A stretch of 64,000 nt of DNA from Amoebidium appalachense (GCA_963693365.1 CAVNZM010000004.1:10878468-10942467); one strand, 5' to 3'. Positions 50,766 through 63,631 are shown, counted from the first letter of the stretch. Notes: a model not told the origin generated them from the letters alone. Translations and numbers: made by a program.

Positions 50766-53234
50766 CGATCCCACACACATCTACAAGCACACCCACCGCT
50801 TCTTTCCTTCTCCTTTTCCCCTTGTCCTCCCCAAATCCTGTTCACAATTTATAAGACGTGTTACAGGGCTCGTGCACAAGGCAGCTCACAATTTATAAGA
50901 CGTGTTACAGGGCTCGTGCACAAGGCAGCTACACACTCGAAAACTCCTTTCCATTTCACTAACACATGTATAACATTCACATGCACGTACACACACGCGT
51001 CCACGAGTACACACGTACACACACGCACACACACGTACATGTACACGTACACACACACACACACACACACGTACACGTACATGTACACGTACACACACAC
51101 ACACACGTACACGTACACACACACACGTACATGTACACGTACACACACACACGTTCATGTACATGTACACGTACACACACACACGTACACGTACACGTAC
51201 ACACGTACATGTACACGTACACACACACACACGTACACGTACACACACACACGTACATGTACACGTACACACACACGTACACACACACACGTACATGTAC
51301 ACGTACACGTACACACACACACACACGTACACGTACACACACACATGTACACGTACACACACACACACGTACATGTACACACACACACGTACATGTACAC
51401 GTACACGTACACACACACACACGTACACACACACACGTACATGTACACGTACACACATGTACACACACACACACACGTACACACACACAGATTGTCGGCC
51501 CGGACGAAGACGCGCACACAAGTGCGTGCAGTGCCGCCAAGACGGGCCGCCGTTACGACCCCACCGCCGCCTGTTCGATGGTTTCCAACAACCCTTACTG
51601 CGACAAGTGTGTGCGCAAGATCAAAAACGAGGAATACAATTGCAACCCAGACACATACCTCAGGGATAAATACGTCTGCGCCGTTGGTGACATGAGTGGG
51701 AAATATGGTAAGTTGTCGCTCGACAAAAAGACGCTCTCGGTCTCCGCCAACTACACCAATCACCCTCTTCCTTTAGGCGATCTGAACGGTAAATCTGTGG
51801 TGATTACCTGCTCGACGGGCCCCAGCGTGTGCATGAAACTCCAGCCGTCGCCTACATTGTGGGTGCAAAATAAAACGCTGGCAATCACGAAACGCCGTCG
51901 ATCGGTTGACGATCTCTTGGTTGCTAGTCCCGATCTCGTCGTTCCGCAGATGAAACGGAAGCGCGGTGGACGGAAGAACCGCCGTGCCGTCGAGGACAAC
52001 ATTCCTATTGCGATCGCAAAATTCGCGGATGGAATTTCCGGAAACGCAACGATCGAACCTAATCGTCTGACGATCTCGATCGACGCCGTTAAAGACAACA
52101 TCACCAAGCTTATCCCTGACGAATGTGACGATACGTGGAATGTGTCTATTTATGACTCTTGGAATATGGATGGGGGTTACGGGTATGCCTTTAACGAATC
52201 ATGCGACCATGCTCTGTTGGGCTACCGTTTGGATCCCGGTGCAGCCTGCTCACCGGAGAGCAACAACCGTGTGTGCGACACCTGGGTAAATGAAAGACCC
52301 CCCTTCCTCCCCTGCCCCCCCCCCCCCCCCCCCTCCCCTCCCCCGCTGCCCATGTTTGACACTTGCGTGTGGTTGTTTTTGTATACGGTTTTTGTATACG
52401 GTTGTGTATGCTCTGCACCGTGACTTTGCTGCATATCTTCTGGTTTTTGGTTCTTCTGCATGAACACTGCCCTCCCCCCTCCCCCCTTCCCCTCCTCCTC
52501 TTTTCCCCTCACCATGTGCCATGCCTTCTCTCGTTCACCTTTTCCCCATGCTCCCTCTACTCTCGTGGTTGTGCAACATTGAGTCTACACAAATTGAAAG
52601 AACAAGTGAAGTTTGAGACGCTCTAAAGCCTACCTTCTTCCGCATTCTAACCACTACCTTCCTCCCCCTTGTTTTCTACAGGGCCAGGATCCGGCATCCA
52701 ACATGACTCCTGGCTGCATGCCCGGATCAAGTGCGGCCAAGGCCAAAGGGTACACGTGCGATTCACGTGCATACGCTATCAACCCATACACGTGCGAGGT
52801 GGGTGACATTACGGGTAGGTATGGTCCACTCTCTTTAAGCAAGTCCACCGGCGACGCTGCCCCGTACATCTACCAGGACCCCCTGGTGCCGTCTGTGACG
52901 CAAGTTAAAGGTCGCAGCATTCTCATTTCTTGCGGCAAGACAAAGAGAATGGCATTCTGTGCACGTTTCGATGAAGTCTCCACAGCACGTATGTGCCTCC
53001 CTCCCCCCCCCCCCTCCCCTCCCTCCCACTCCCCCCTCCCTCCCCCCCCCCCCCCCCCCCCCCCCCAAAAGCCCACACACACATGCACGCACACACCTGC
53101 ACATATTCTGGGTTAACTAGCTACGGTGACTGTTTGTTTACCGGTGGTGTTAATGCGACATAGTGACTGTAATTATCTTCCTGATTCACATTTGCTGCTA
53201 TTTCAGCATTCAAGAGTCCCCCCTCCTCCTTCTC

Positions 53235-53265
<31 letters not shown>

Positions 53266-54446
53266 ACCACCACCACCACCAATCCAACCCCACCCCATCC
53301 ACCAATCCAACCCCACCCCATCCACTATAACCACCAAACACCACCCTAGCACAGTTAAAAAACCACACCACACCTCATTGGAATACATGAACAACCCCAA
53401 ACCCTTTCACGGAGACACGGAGGGAGAAAAAAGGAGCCGAAAAAAAGAAAAGAAAAGAAGAATGGGGTAGAAATTAGCAAAATGCTAACAAGAAGACCAC
53501 CTCCCTCTTTCCCCCTCTTTCACACACAGCAACGGGTTCAGCCGAGTGCCCCGACTATTGCAACCACTGCACCGGCCCAGTAGGGAACCTCGTGTGCAAG
53601 TCGTGCCTCCCCTCGTTTGTTCTTGTTGGAAACAAGTGCGAGTGTGCAAGCGGCAAGTTCAACAACGGGACGAGGTGCACCCCATGCAGCCCGTGCAAGG
53701 ATGGCTTCTATGAGGATAAGGCTTGCGGCGGGCTTATGAACACCACGTGCAAGAGTAAGTGTTTCAACTATTCTTTTACCTTCCTTCGTTATTTCCCAAT
53801 TGTATGACCTGGCAGAAATGAAGGTGTGGATCCCTGTGTTTTCGAATGTATGCATCTGGAAAGAAACTAGCATCTGAATAACTTAAACAAAAAAGTCAAC
53901 CAAGAACTAACCCCCCCCCCCCCCTCTTCCCCCCCGCCCCCTGCCGAAAAAAATGCACACGCACATGCATCCCCCCCCCCCTCCCCCTCCCCTCCTCCCC
54001 TCCCACCCAACCGCCACACACACACACACACACACAACACACACGTACACATGAACACACATACACAGAGTGCCCCCCCAGCAACCACTGCGGCAAAGAC
54101 TATGCCTCGTGCAAAACCAGCGAGGATTCCAAGTGCAGGCAGGGAGGCTGCAACAAGGGATACTACAACGACATCAACCTGCATGCCTCCCACTGCATGG
54201 CATGCCCCTTCACGTGCAAATCGTGCCAAGCTGCGGATAAGTGCACGGGGTGCCACGATGGGTATAAGCTGGACAAAGGCTTGTGCTTGTGCACGGACAA
54301 GGATAAGTGCAAAGGTGTGTACCCCCCCTCCTCCCCCCCCCCCCCCCCCAAAAAAAAAAAAAAAAAAAAAAAAAAGCGCTATCTTCCTTGCACTCAGCAA
54401 ACACCAATCCCGCACCCCACCACTCGCGCTATCTCACTCCTTCCAT

Positions 54447-54485
<39 letters not shown>

Positions 54486-55052
54486 CTCCACCCCACACAC
54501 ACAGAAGAATAATAAGAAGAAGAAACGGAAGAATAATAAAAGAAAAGAAAGCAAGGTAAAAATCCACACACTAACATCCCATGTACCCCGCAGCACTCGA
54601 AGACAAGCACAAGGCGCAGAACAACAACACGACGCCAGTAGACAAGAACGTAAACAGCACCGACAGCGCAGGCAGTGCCAACTGCGGTTTCAACTGCAAG
54701 GACTGCAACAAGACCACCTGTACGGCATGTGCCGAGGGCTTTGTTCCCTCACCCACAAACAAGACCGAGTGCATGTGTGCCGTGGGCCTGTGGCAAGGAA
54801 AGACGGACACGGGCCACAGATGTCTGCGTATGTGCTTCCTTGCTGTCATCTCCCCCCTCCCCCCCCCCCCCCCCCCCCCCCCCCCCGGAAAAAAAAAAAC
54901 AAAAAAAAACCACCCCCATCCTGCCCCCAATCCCCGCCCCACCACAACATCATGCATGCATAAACCACCACAAACACGCACGTGCACACACTAGCTCGCA
55001 CATTCGTAAATTACATCCCCCTCCCTCCCTCCCTCCCCCCCCCCCCCCCCCC

Positions 55053-55089
<37 letters not shown>

Positions 55090-55767
55090 GAAAGAGAAAA
55101 GCAAAAGGAAAAAAAAAAAAAGCTCACAGAACACATAAAGAAGACGGGCACTTGCGAGGATCACCAACTAACCCACTTTTTCCGCAGCCTGCATGAAGCA
55201 CTGTGCCGAATGCACAAGTGGAAACGACTGCCAAAAGTGCTCCAACGGATTCGAAAAGTCAACGGTCGAAGAAGGAATGTGTGTCTGCAGTGGCGGCACA
55301 TACCTTAAGGGAGACAAGTGCGAGAAGTGCAAGGCAAACTGCGAGATCTGTTCGGATGCGCACTCATGCAAGCAGTGCGCACATACCTTTGAGCTCAAGA
55401 ATGGAGAGTGCACGTGCACCACTAGCAAGTACTACAACAGCTCCGTGGGAGTGTGCCTGGGTACGTCAACACTTTCTCCCCCTTGAACCCCCCCCCCCCC
55501 CCATTCTTCCAGAGTCAGAAAGTAGCATGGCATGATATACGGATTCAAAGGTCCCCTGATAAGGAAAGATGTATAAAAACGGAGTTGAAGTTAACCGGGA
55601 AGGGGGGGGGGGGGGGGGGGGTTCAAACTGCAAATTAATAGATGATACATTGACATTGTGGTTGAAGGTGTTTGGTTGGTGAAGTGAGGCTGCAGATCTG
55701 ACCTAATATCCCCCATCCTTTCGTTTCTCCTCCTACTCACTCTTTCCCAACACACACGCAAGCACAC

Positions 55768-55806
<39 letters not shown>

Positions 55807-56843
55807 AACACACCTCTTTCCATACGTACAGACGTCAAGCAATGCAACAGTGCCCGTGAGTTCGAGTCCTCCCCCCCCACCTCCACCAAGGACCGTGTGT
55901 GCATGTGCCACCCCGAGTACTTTGGCCACAACTGCGAGCTCACACAGAAGCAGAGGGTTGCCTCCCAGACACGCATGCTCATGACTGGTATCAAGTATGT
56001 CCCCCCCCCCCCCCCCCAAAAAAAAAAAAAAAAAAAAACATGCGCGTAAACACACGTACACACGTACACACAACACACACACACCTTTCCGCATTCTCAC
56101 TTCCCCCTTTTCCTTCCTCTCACCCTCCCCCTTACCATGCTCTCCCTCCTCTCGTTACAACCGTACCCAGTGTTTTATCGAGCTAAATGACATGACTGTC
56201 TAAATGACAACGTGATACTGTTTAACACCGACATCTGTTGCTGTATTTCATATACCCATCAATGAATACACGATCATATCGATCCACGCACACCACACAT
56301 ATCTAACCACACAACCCCCCTTATTCCTCCCAACCACACAGGCCCGCACAGTTCAACAGCGAAGCCTTCCAAGCCACCCTTGCCTCCATCCTCAACACGT
56401 ACGAGAGTGGGTCTGGGTTCACGCAGAACGCACACGTGCGCAGGCGTGAAGTATGCCGTCGCTACATTCCAAACGATGTGCGCATTACAGATGTGTTTGA
56501 GGTCTCCCAGGGAACACAGGTAACCAATCAGTCCCCCCCTCTACTCAGTCTCTCTACCTTTCTCTCGTCCCGTCTCTCTCTCTCTCTCTCTCTCCCCCTC
56601 CCTCTTTCTCTCTCTCTCTCTCTCGCTCTCTTTCTCTCCCCCTCCCTCCCCTCCCCCCCCCCCCCCCCCCCCCCCCTCTCACCCACCTCCCTTCACCCTA
56701 TACACATAACCGCAAGACATACAAACATGCCCATGTGCACTCAAATAGGCGCACACACACACACACACAACACATAATACCCCCCATCTACCCGTCCCCT
56801 CCTCCTACAAGTTGGTCCTTTTATATTCCCTATCATTTTTTAA

Positions 56844-56882
<39 letters not shown>

Positions 56883-57458
56883 ACCCCCCCCTCCCCTCCC
56901 CTCCCCGCCCTTATCATCCCTTCCTTTAACCCCCGTTTACGGACGTGCTCTTCTTATGATACATGCTCTTTTTTTGTGCTCTGCAACTTCTTTATCGTTT
57001 TGTTCCGTTGTACATGTGTGCTTCGTAATCTGTTACGCTTTCTAACCCCCAGCCCTCCCCCCACCACCACCACCACCACCACCACCACAGACATACTTCT
57101 ATGTGATGGTGCCGTGTGAGCAGTATGCAGTTGAGACCACCCTCCTGCACTCCCTTATTGAGGCCAATGAACACATTGTGGCATATCACTCGACCGGCAA
57201 TGAGGGTACAGCACTGGATGTCCAGGCCGCAATGGGTATGTAGCCTAGTGTGGGTGCGTACGTGTGTGGGTGTACGTGTGTGGGTGTACGTGTGTAGGTG
57301 TACGTGTGTGGGTGTACGTGTGCGGGTGTACGTGTGTGGGTGTGTGTGTGGGGAGTTGGGAAGGACAAGAGGGATAAGGTCGGGCCGAATGCGACTGCAC
57401 GGGGAGATAGGCGCAGTGGGAGGGAGGGTAGGGACATAGCGCCTCCACAACCCGCGCG

Positions 57459-57500
<42 letters not shown>

Positions 57501-58007
57501 ACCTTCACCACATGTGGACACGAACACACATTTTCAACGCATTCTCCACGCCCAACACAAAAACTGACCATGTGTCCTGTTTCTTTTTCCACAGCAACAC
57601 CCGAGGATGACAGCACAAGCACTGGTGTGATTGTTGCGGCAGTGGTTGTGTCTGTGTTTGGTGTGTTGATGCTGGGCAGTGCTATTTATATCTACCACAA
57701 GTGCACTAGCGACAATGACGATGGAATGGACCAGAAACTGATTGACCAGGCTCGCCCCAGCTCGGCTTCAAGTACGTATTGCACTGATTCTATCCCACAA
57801 AACAGACACACACACATGTACACCCTTGCCTTTCCCTTCCTTTTTTGGAAACACCAGCACCTGCACAATGCAAAACCATTTACCCACCTACGCAACAAAC
57901 CTGACACTATATGCGTTTCTCGCACTAACTCGTCAGAGACACAAAACCTCCTGTGTAGTTGTTTTTTTCTTATTGCACACGTTCCCTCCCTCCCTCCCTC
58001 CCTCCCC

Positions 58008-58064
<57 letters not shown>

Positions 58065-58368
58065 ACCCACCCACCCCTCCCCACTCAACCCCCTCCCTCC
58101 CCCCCCATCCCCCACCCCACAAACCCTCTGGCACACCCGCACATGCACACAGACACCATCTACACACACACATCTAACCCACTTCTTTCCTCCCCTCCCC
58201 ACAGTGGAGCCCAACAGTGGGATTGAGATGACCATCAAGAAACACAGTGAAGACCAGATCACCCACGTGCAGACGTCCATCCACACAAACGGTGACGCTA
58301 GTCACGTGGAGGTGGGCCCCGGCCATGGCCAGCAACCAATCAGCCACCAGGATAGCTCGATCCTGTGA
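41028..58368 (+). CDS. Large type I membrane protein (about 2150 aa, about 26 exons): signal peptide, six Cu-only-SOD-like repeats, furin-like/EGF/TNFR-type Cys-rich repeats, Ser/Thr stalk, juxtamembrane SEA-like region, TM helix and short tail
   Basis: Signal peptide [20 protein letters not shown]. Six domains carry C-x-x-GD(L/M/I)(S/T)G(K/R) motifs (near 42465, 44590, 47510/47840, 49165, 51680, 52795), each preceded by G-x-x-x-D(P/T)-x-x-x-C-like and followed by (S/G)-h-h-h-x-C...C segments. CxxCxxC repeats lie at 45160-46357, 49952-50430 and 53530-55940. TM is [24 protein letters not shown] (57624-57695); the protein ends DSSIL*. Junction phases I checked were compatible. Confidence 0.9.
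46089..46230 (+). repeat. Triplicated 51-52-bp unit containing a branch point and 3' splice site
   Basis: tcacctcttt..ctctctaacttcatgtg...gacag occurs three times, with AGs ending at 46127, 46178 and 46230. Confidence 0.9.
50842..50931. repeat. Tandem duplication, about 44 bp
   Basis: tcacaatttataagacgtgttacagggctcgtgcacaaggcagc occurs twice; intronic. Confidence 0.9.
50980..51490. repeat. Compound (AC)n/ACGT/ACATGT satellite, about 500 bp, running up to the acceptor AG
   Basis: Direct reading. Confidence 0.9.
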
Positions 58369-58963
58369 GCTCATTGGTGGAAAGTCATGATGTCTTGGAT
58401 CGAGGATTTCTGGAAAGATTTGTACGCGTTTTTTGAGTTATCGTGTTGTTGTGATTAATGGTGCGATGTGTATACTTTTCGCCGTTTGATATGTTTTTTG
58501 GTGGAGATGGTGCGGATATATAGAGTTTCAATGGTTTTCATGAAAAGTATTGACGGTTTGTTTAGCGTTTTCACCGTGTGAACTTTTGCCAATTTTTGTG
58601 TATTTGCACGCACGTTTTTCGGTATTTTTGGGTGTCCGTGACACGAGACTGTAACTGTTTGTAATTACGCCTTCGTCACTGTGTGCATGCAACAACATAC
58701 ATTTTTTATGTATATACAGAATATATATTTATAGCCATTTGTTTACCCATTTTTCAAGCACATGTGGCCTCAACTCCTATTTAATCGCCATAAGATATAA
58801 CGCACTGCAACACACGGCGCGGTATGTAGCAGGGAGGTACGTTTTCCTCCAATCATGGACATGTAATAAAAAGTATTCTTGGCCAATTGGTGTTGTTTCG
58901 AACCTTCGATCCGTATCCGGGCCAAAACACCACATCATTATCACAAAACCTGAAACTCGTGTA

Positions 58964-59000
<37 letters not shown>

Positions 59001-59181
59001 TTTAGACACACATGCGCACACAAACACCTTGGCTCCAGCCACCACGTGATACTGAGCCTCTATTCCTCCCCCTCTTCACCATGCCAAACGATACGGGTGT
59101 TACAGGATATCGATGTAAAAGGACGAAAGTCAATGATATATCATGCAATAGGGAAAGGGCGTGTGCGAGATGAATTACGTG

Positions 59182-59220
<39 letters not shown>

Positions 59221-59379
59221 TCGCGGCGTGCACATGTTCATGTTTGTATATCTTGCGTGTATGTACTTTGGGGTTTACGCTGTTTACTCGAGGCAAAGAG
59301 AGACCAGTCTCAGGTATGGGGGTTTTTGCTCGGAATATCCCCTCAGCGGTATATCATGATCAAGTACATAGATGTCGGG

Positions 59380-59548
59380 TGTTGATATATATCAGGGTTT
59401 TCTTACTCTACAAAGCACCATAAAGACTAAGAAAGTCAATTAGTTGGGTTCCCCGTTTTTTTGGTGTTGATATATATATCAGGGTTTTCTTACTCTACGA
59501 AGCACCATAAAGACTAAGAAAATTAATTAGTTGGGTTCCCCGTTTTTT
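59380..59548. repeat. Tandem duplication, about 85 bp
   Basis: gttgatatatatcagggttttcttactctac..agcaccataaagactaagaaa..aattagttgggttccccgttttt occurs twice. Confidence 0.9.
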
Positions 59549-60081
59549 TCTTGTTTTTTTTTTTCGGCTCCCCTGGGACACTCGGGGTATCAGCTGGTGT
59601 GTGTGTGTGTGTGTGTGTGGGTGTGTGGGTGGGTGGGTGGGTGGGTGGGTGTGTGAGTGCGTGTGTTGTGTGTGTGTGTGTGTGATAGACTTTTGTAATG
59701 ATGCATTTGTTTCAAGGCTCAAGCCAATCAATATATCTAATAAACAGGTCATTGTTACGTGTGTTTAGTATAAAATCAAGGATGTTGTAATTTTCAGATA
59801 GTCTATCTTTCTGGGTGTCTGTTGTGAATGTGTCGTGTGTGTGCTGCGGTATTATGTGGTTTATCAAACTACATTTGGCAATGCATGACCGTTTAGGTTT
59901 TATTTGTGGAGTTTTATTGACATAAATATTTTTTCTGGGTAAACACGTAGGATGGGTGTCCGATATCAACATAACCATGTAGGCTTCGTTTCGTGTTTTA
60001 GCAGCTCGCGTTCGGCTGCCCGCATACGGGCACCTATTAGCCGATCAAAACATCAGATTCCACAGATCACTAGACCGAGTG

Positions 60082-60160
60082 TGATTGGCTCAGGATCAGA
60101 TTTCACATAACACTAGATCGATTTTGATTGGCTCAGATCGGTAGCCTTAGGTATATAAAC
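60082..60160 (+). promoter_or_regulatory. Pol II promoter-like module: two inverted CCAAT boxes and a TATA box
   Basis: tgattggctcag near 60083 and 60125, followed by gtatataaa at 60151. No downstream CDS was identified. Confidence 0.45.
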
Positions 60161-61776
60161 ACGACAGTTTTTAGCAGATCAGCAAGCAACAGACACATCT
60201 TCTGTGTTTAGCACCTACAGCTTTACAGCTATATTTTCTTTTCACCCACCCACCTACACCCAACACTCAACCCCCATTGATCCACACATACGTGCTGTTT
60301 TTTCACGGGGCGAAGACTTCCCCCGTTTTTTTGGGCAGTTTAAACTGGCCATGGTGTGTGTGTGTGTTGTTTGGGTATGCAAACGATGCCACCTTATGCT
60401 TATTAGATCTCCACTGTATAGCACGTGTACAGTAAAAGCGTGGTAGGTGATCAATGATACCATCAGCTAGAGAAAGACCAATTCTACAGGAAGGTAGTAT
60501 GTATTTTATTTTTTATTATTTATTTTTTATTGTTATTTTTTTTTCTCACTTTTTCGTTGTTTTCTCGGATGTACTGTCTGTAGGGTTAACGTTAGGGGTA
60601 CGTTCTTGTGTTGTGACCATATATTAGGTAACATTACTAAGGGGTGTATTTCATTTGTAGTATGATGTACATATCATGCATATGGGGCACAAGTTGTGTT
60701 TCCGATTGGCCGGAGGGAGCGGCCAATAAAGTGCAATGATCCCTTATAACCTACCCACTGATAGTATAATCGATCAGCCGTCGAGTCCATGTGCCTTATC
60801 ATCATCATACATGCATCTGCGGGGAGAATCTAGAGGGGTAAATAGCGGTAAGAGAAAGAAAATAGGCATGATGGCACATGTATCCACCATTATATAAACC
60901 GTTACATAGTAAAAGTTCACGATGAATGTTCCGATCAATATCGTGCATGACTTCGACTGGAATCAATACTATTGATCTTGTACAGTTTGTGTACATTTGA
61001 TGGTTGCAATAACTCAAGGAGATCGCAACAAATTAGCTGATCCCTTGTACCATTTATGGCCATCGGCATACCTTCTCGACAAAACCTTGACAATGCCGTG
61101 TCATTTTATTGACTTTTCTTTTTCCCGAAGGTCTTCAAATCGGAACCACAGTGGTAGTGCTCTATCTAAATTGATGATAAAATCGGTGATATAAATTGGT
61201 AATTATTAATGCGGAATCTTGCACAGGCACCAGGCATGTAGCAAGACACTCAAACAATTCCTTATCCGGGCAAAAGATTTAGTTTGCATGTTGAAATTCA
61301 GTAACAACGACAACGATATAAATTGAAAGAGAGTATGATATTCTATAAGGCAAAAAAAAAAAACAAAAAAAAAAAAACGAAGGCCTTGGTGGATAAAGTC
61401 ACAAATCTAAATACAAAGGTGATTTCATATTTTTGTCAGACCATGTATTACGCAGTCTATATATTACGTTGTCCTAGTTGCTATAATTTGTCATGTAACC
61501 AGCTCAGATCATCCCCCAAAAAAATATAATGATAAAGTCAAAGAGTGTGGGAGTGAATTTTCCGCTATTTGGCGCCTGCCAATAGCATTCACACTTATGC
61601 AAGAGGTATTGCGTGTTTACGTAAAAAAAAAAAAAAGAAAACTCTGCAGGTTCATAGCATAAAAAAATGAATTGGTTTCTATTGAACGTTATGCATCCTG
61701 TACAGGTTTAAAGACAACGGATCAGCATATTTGCACACTGGAAAAACCAAGGTGTCCTAGGTGGTTTGCCCAGCCC

Positions 61777-61807
<31 letters not shown>

Positions 61808-62692
61808 ACCCCCCACACGTAACACAGTGTCCGAAACATTCGACTTTTCTTCTTTTTGGACCCGCGGCAGCCACACCTAATTTTTGCAGATGCTTACGAG
61901 TAGGGGCCCGCAGGCACGGGTGTGCCATAATCGATGGAGGGATACCCCTTGACCTTGCCCCCTCCACTCAGACTGCTATTCCGTACCTGCAAGAGAAAAT
62001 GACTCTGTCAGTGATATGCACACGGGGTAAATGGTGTGTGCAAAAACCGTGTTTCCATGTGCGTTTCCAGTTGAACGAGCGTGCTTGTGCAGAGGAGATT
62101 CATGACGGCGAAGCCGTTGTAAATTTAGGTTTGTAGCCGTATGGCAACCATGTGCAAATGCTACCAGTGTGTTTGTAGTCCTTAAACAATCATCGATTGC
62201 GCTCGCATGTGTGCGCACGGGCATGCAAACTCAAGAAAAGGGACATTATTTTACAGGCAATCGTGTTACGCGTGGACACGTTACGTAAAATAAAGTGAAG
62301 ACAGAAGGCAACAAAGCTTCAAGTCAAGAGGAACCAGGAAGCGGTCAGCAAGGGATGATTCAGAAGAAACAGGTGGTCAAAAAGTAATAAACAATAAACA
62401 CTGCACATATACAATTAGCCTCGAAAACAACATATTTTTAATACTGATAAATTTAATCAAAACCTGAAGGGGGAAAAAAAAAACATCGCAAAACAAAACA
62501 AAACACCCACCCTCATGGAAGTGCCCCTCCTGCCCATAAACGGGTCCTCCACCGCCTTTGGTCGTGCCCTTCCCCTCATCGAGCCGCCGCGCTCACGACT
62601 GAAGTGGTCTGAATTTGGATGGTACTTACGTGAGTGGATATGTACATACAATGGATGAAAGCATACAGAAAGGAAAGGTAATTATATCTCTC

Positions 62693-63103
62693 TACCCTAC
62701 ATTGGTGGCAATATGCGCCTGTTCCTTAGGGTTCGAAACAAAAAATGTAGGACAAATATACACAACAATTCCACCAGTAAACTTCTAAGGCCATCTACAT
62801 ACCCTACATTGGTGGCAATATGCGCCTGTTCCTTAGGGTTCGAAACAAAAAATGTAGGACAAATATACACAACAATTCCACCAGTAAACTTCGAAGGCCA
62901 TCTACAATGTGTGAACCACGGAGGCGAGGGGGGAAGGAGAGGGGGGGGGAGCTCGAGGGAGGGATCCGGAGGAGGGAGGGACATCGTTGTCAAACAGAAA
63001 CGCAGAGGCGAGGGGGGAAGGAGAGGGGGGGGGGGGGGGGGGGGGGAGCTCGAGGGAGGGATCCGGAGGAGGGAGGGACATCGTTGTCAAACAGAAACGC
63101 AGA
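62693..63103. repeat. Two adjacent tandem duplications (about 107 bp and about 90 bp)
   Basis: ccctacattggtggcaatatgcg...ggccatctaca occurs twice, then gaggcgagggggga...gtcaaacagaaacgcagag occurs twice. Confidence 0.9.
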
Positions 63104-63121
63104 GCAAGTAAAATCAACCCA

Positions 63122-63631
63122 CCTTTAGCCGGTGTTGCTGCCCCGGATATAGAAGGTGACGCAAACCCGCTCACGTGCTCACTCACAGAGTCTCCGTGCA
63201 AGATGTAGTCGATGCTAAAAATAGAGCGTGGGGTGCTGGGCGTGGGGGTGGCTGCCTCTTCCCTCTTGACCACGTGTACTGGGTAGTCATAAGCACGAGG
63301 CGTGTCGTGCATTTGTGCCTCAGGCGCACAGTGCTCATAGTATCCTGCGTGTGGTGTGTGCGCATGGTACCCGGACCCATTGCTACCCAGCGAGTCGTAC
63401 GAATCTGTTGTCTCCACAGATGACCTTCTTTCTGACTCTAGATTCATGCCATCGTAGTGATCATCCTCAGGTACTGTTTGCGAAATTATGTGCGCGCGTG
63501 AACTTCTAGCAGGGATTTCATTGGCGAGAATACGTTCCAAATCGACCTGGCGTTGTCTCTGCAGCGCGATCTTGTCGGTGAAGCGGCGAGGTGTGAAAGA
63601 CGATTTGATGTCCAGGCCACCAAATTGCTCC
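63122..63631 (-). CDS. Internal exon of an unknown protein, possibly a transcriptional regulator, with an eh1-like motif; the gene extends past the window end
   Basis: Open exon between the acceptor ttcaacag and the donor GTGGGT: EQFGGLDIKSSFTPRRF...TPRSIFSIDYILHG...ATPAK. A possible last exon at 62625-62593 reads VPSKFRPLQS*. Confidence 0.65.
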
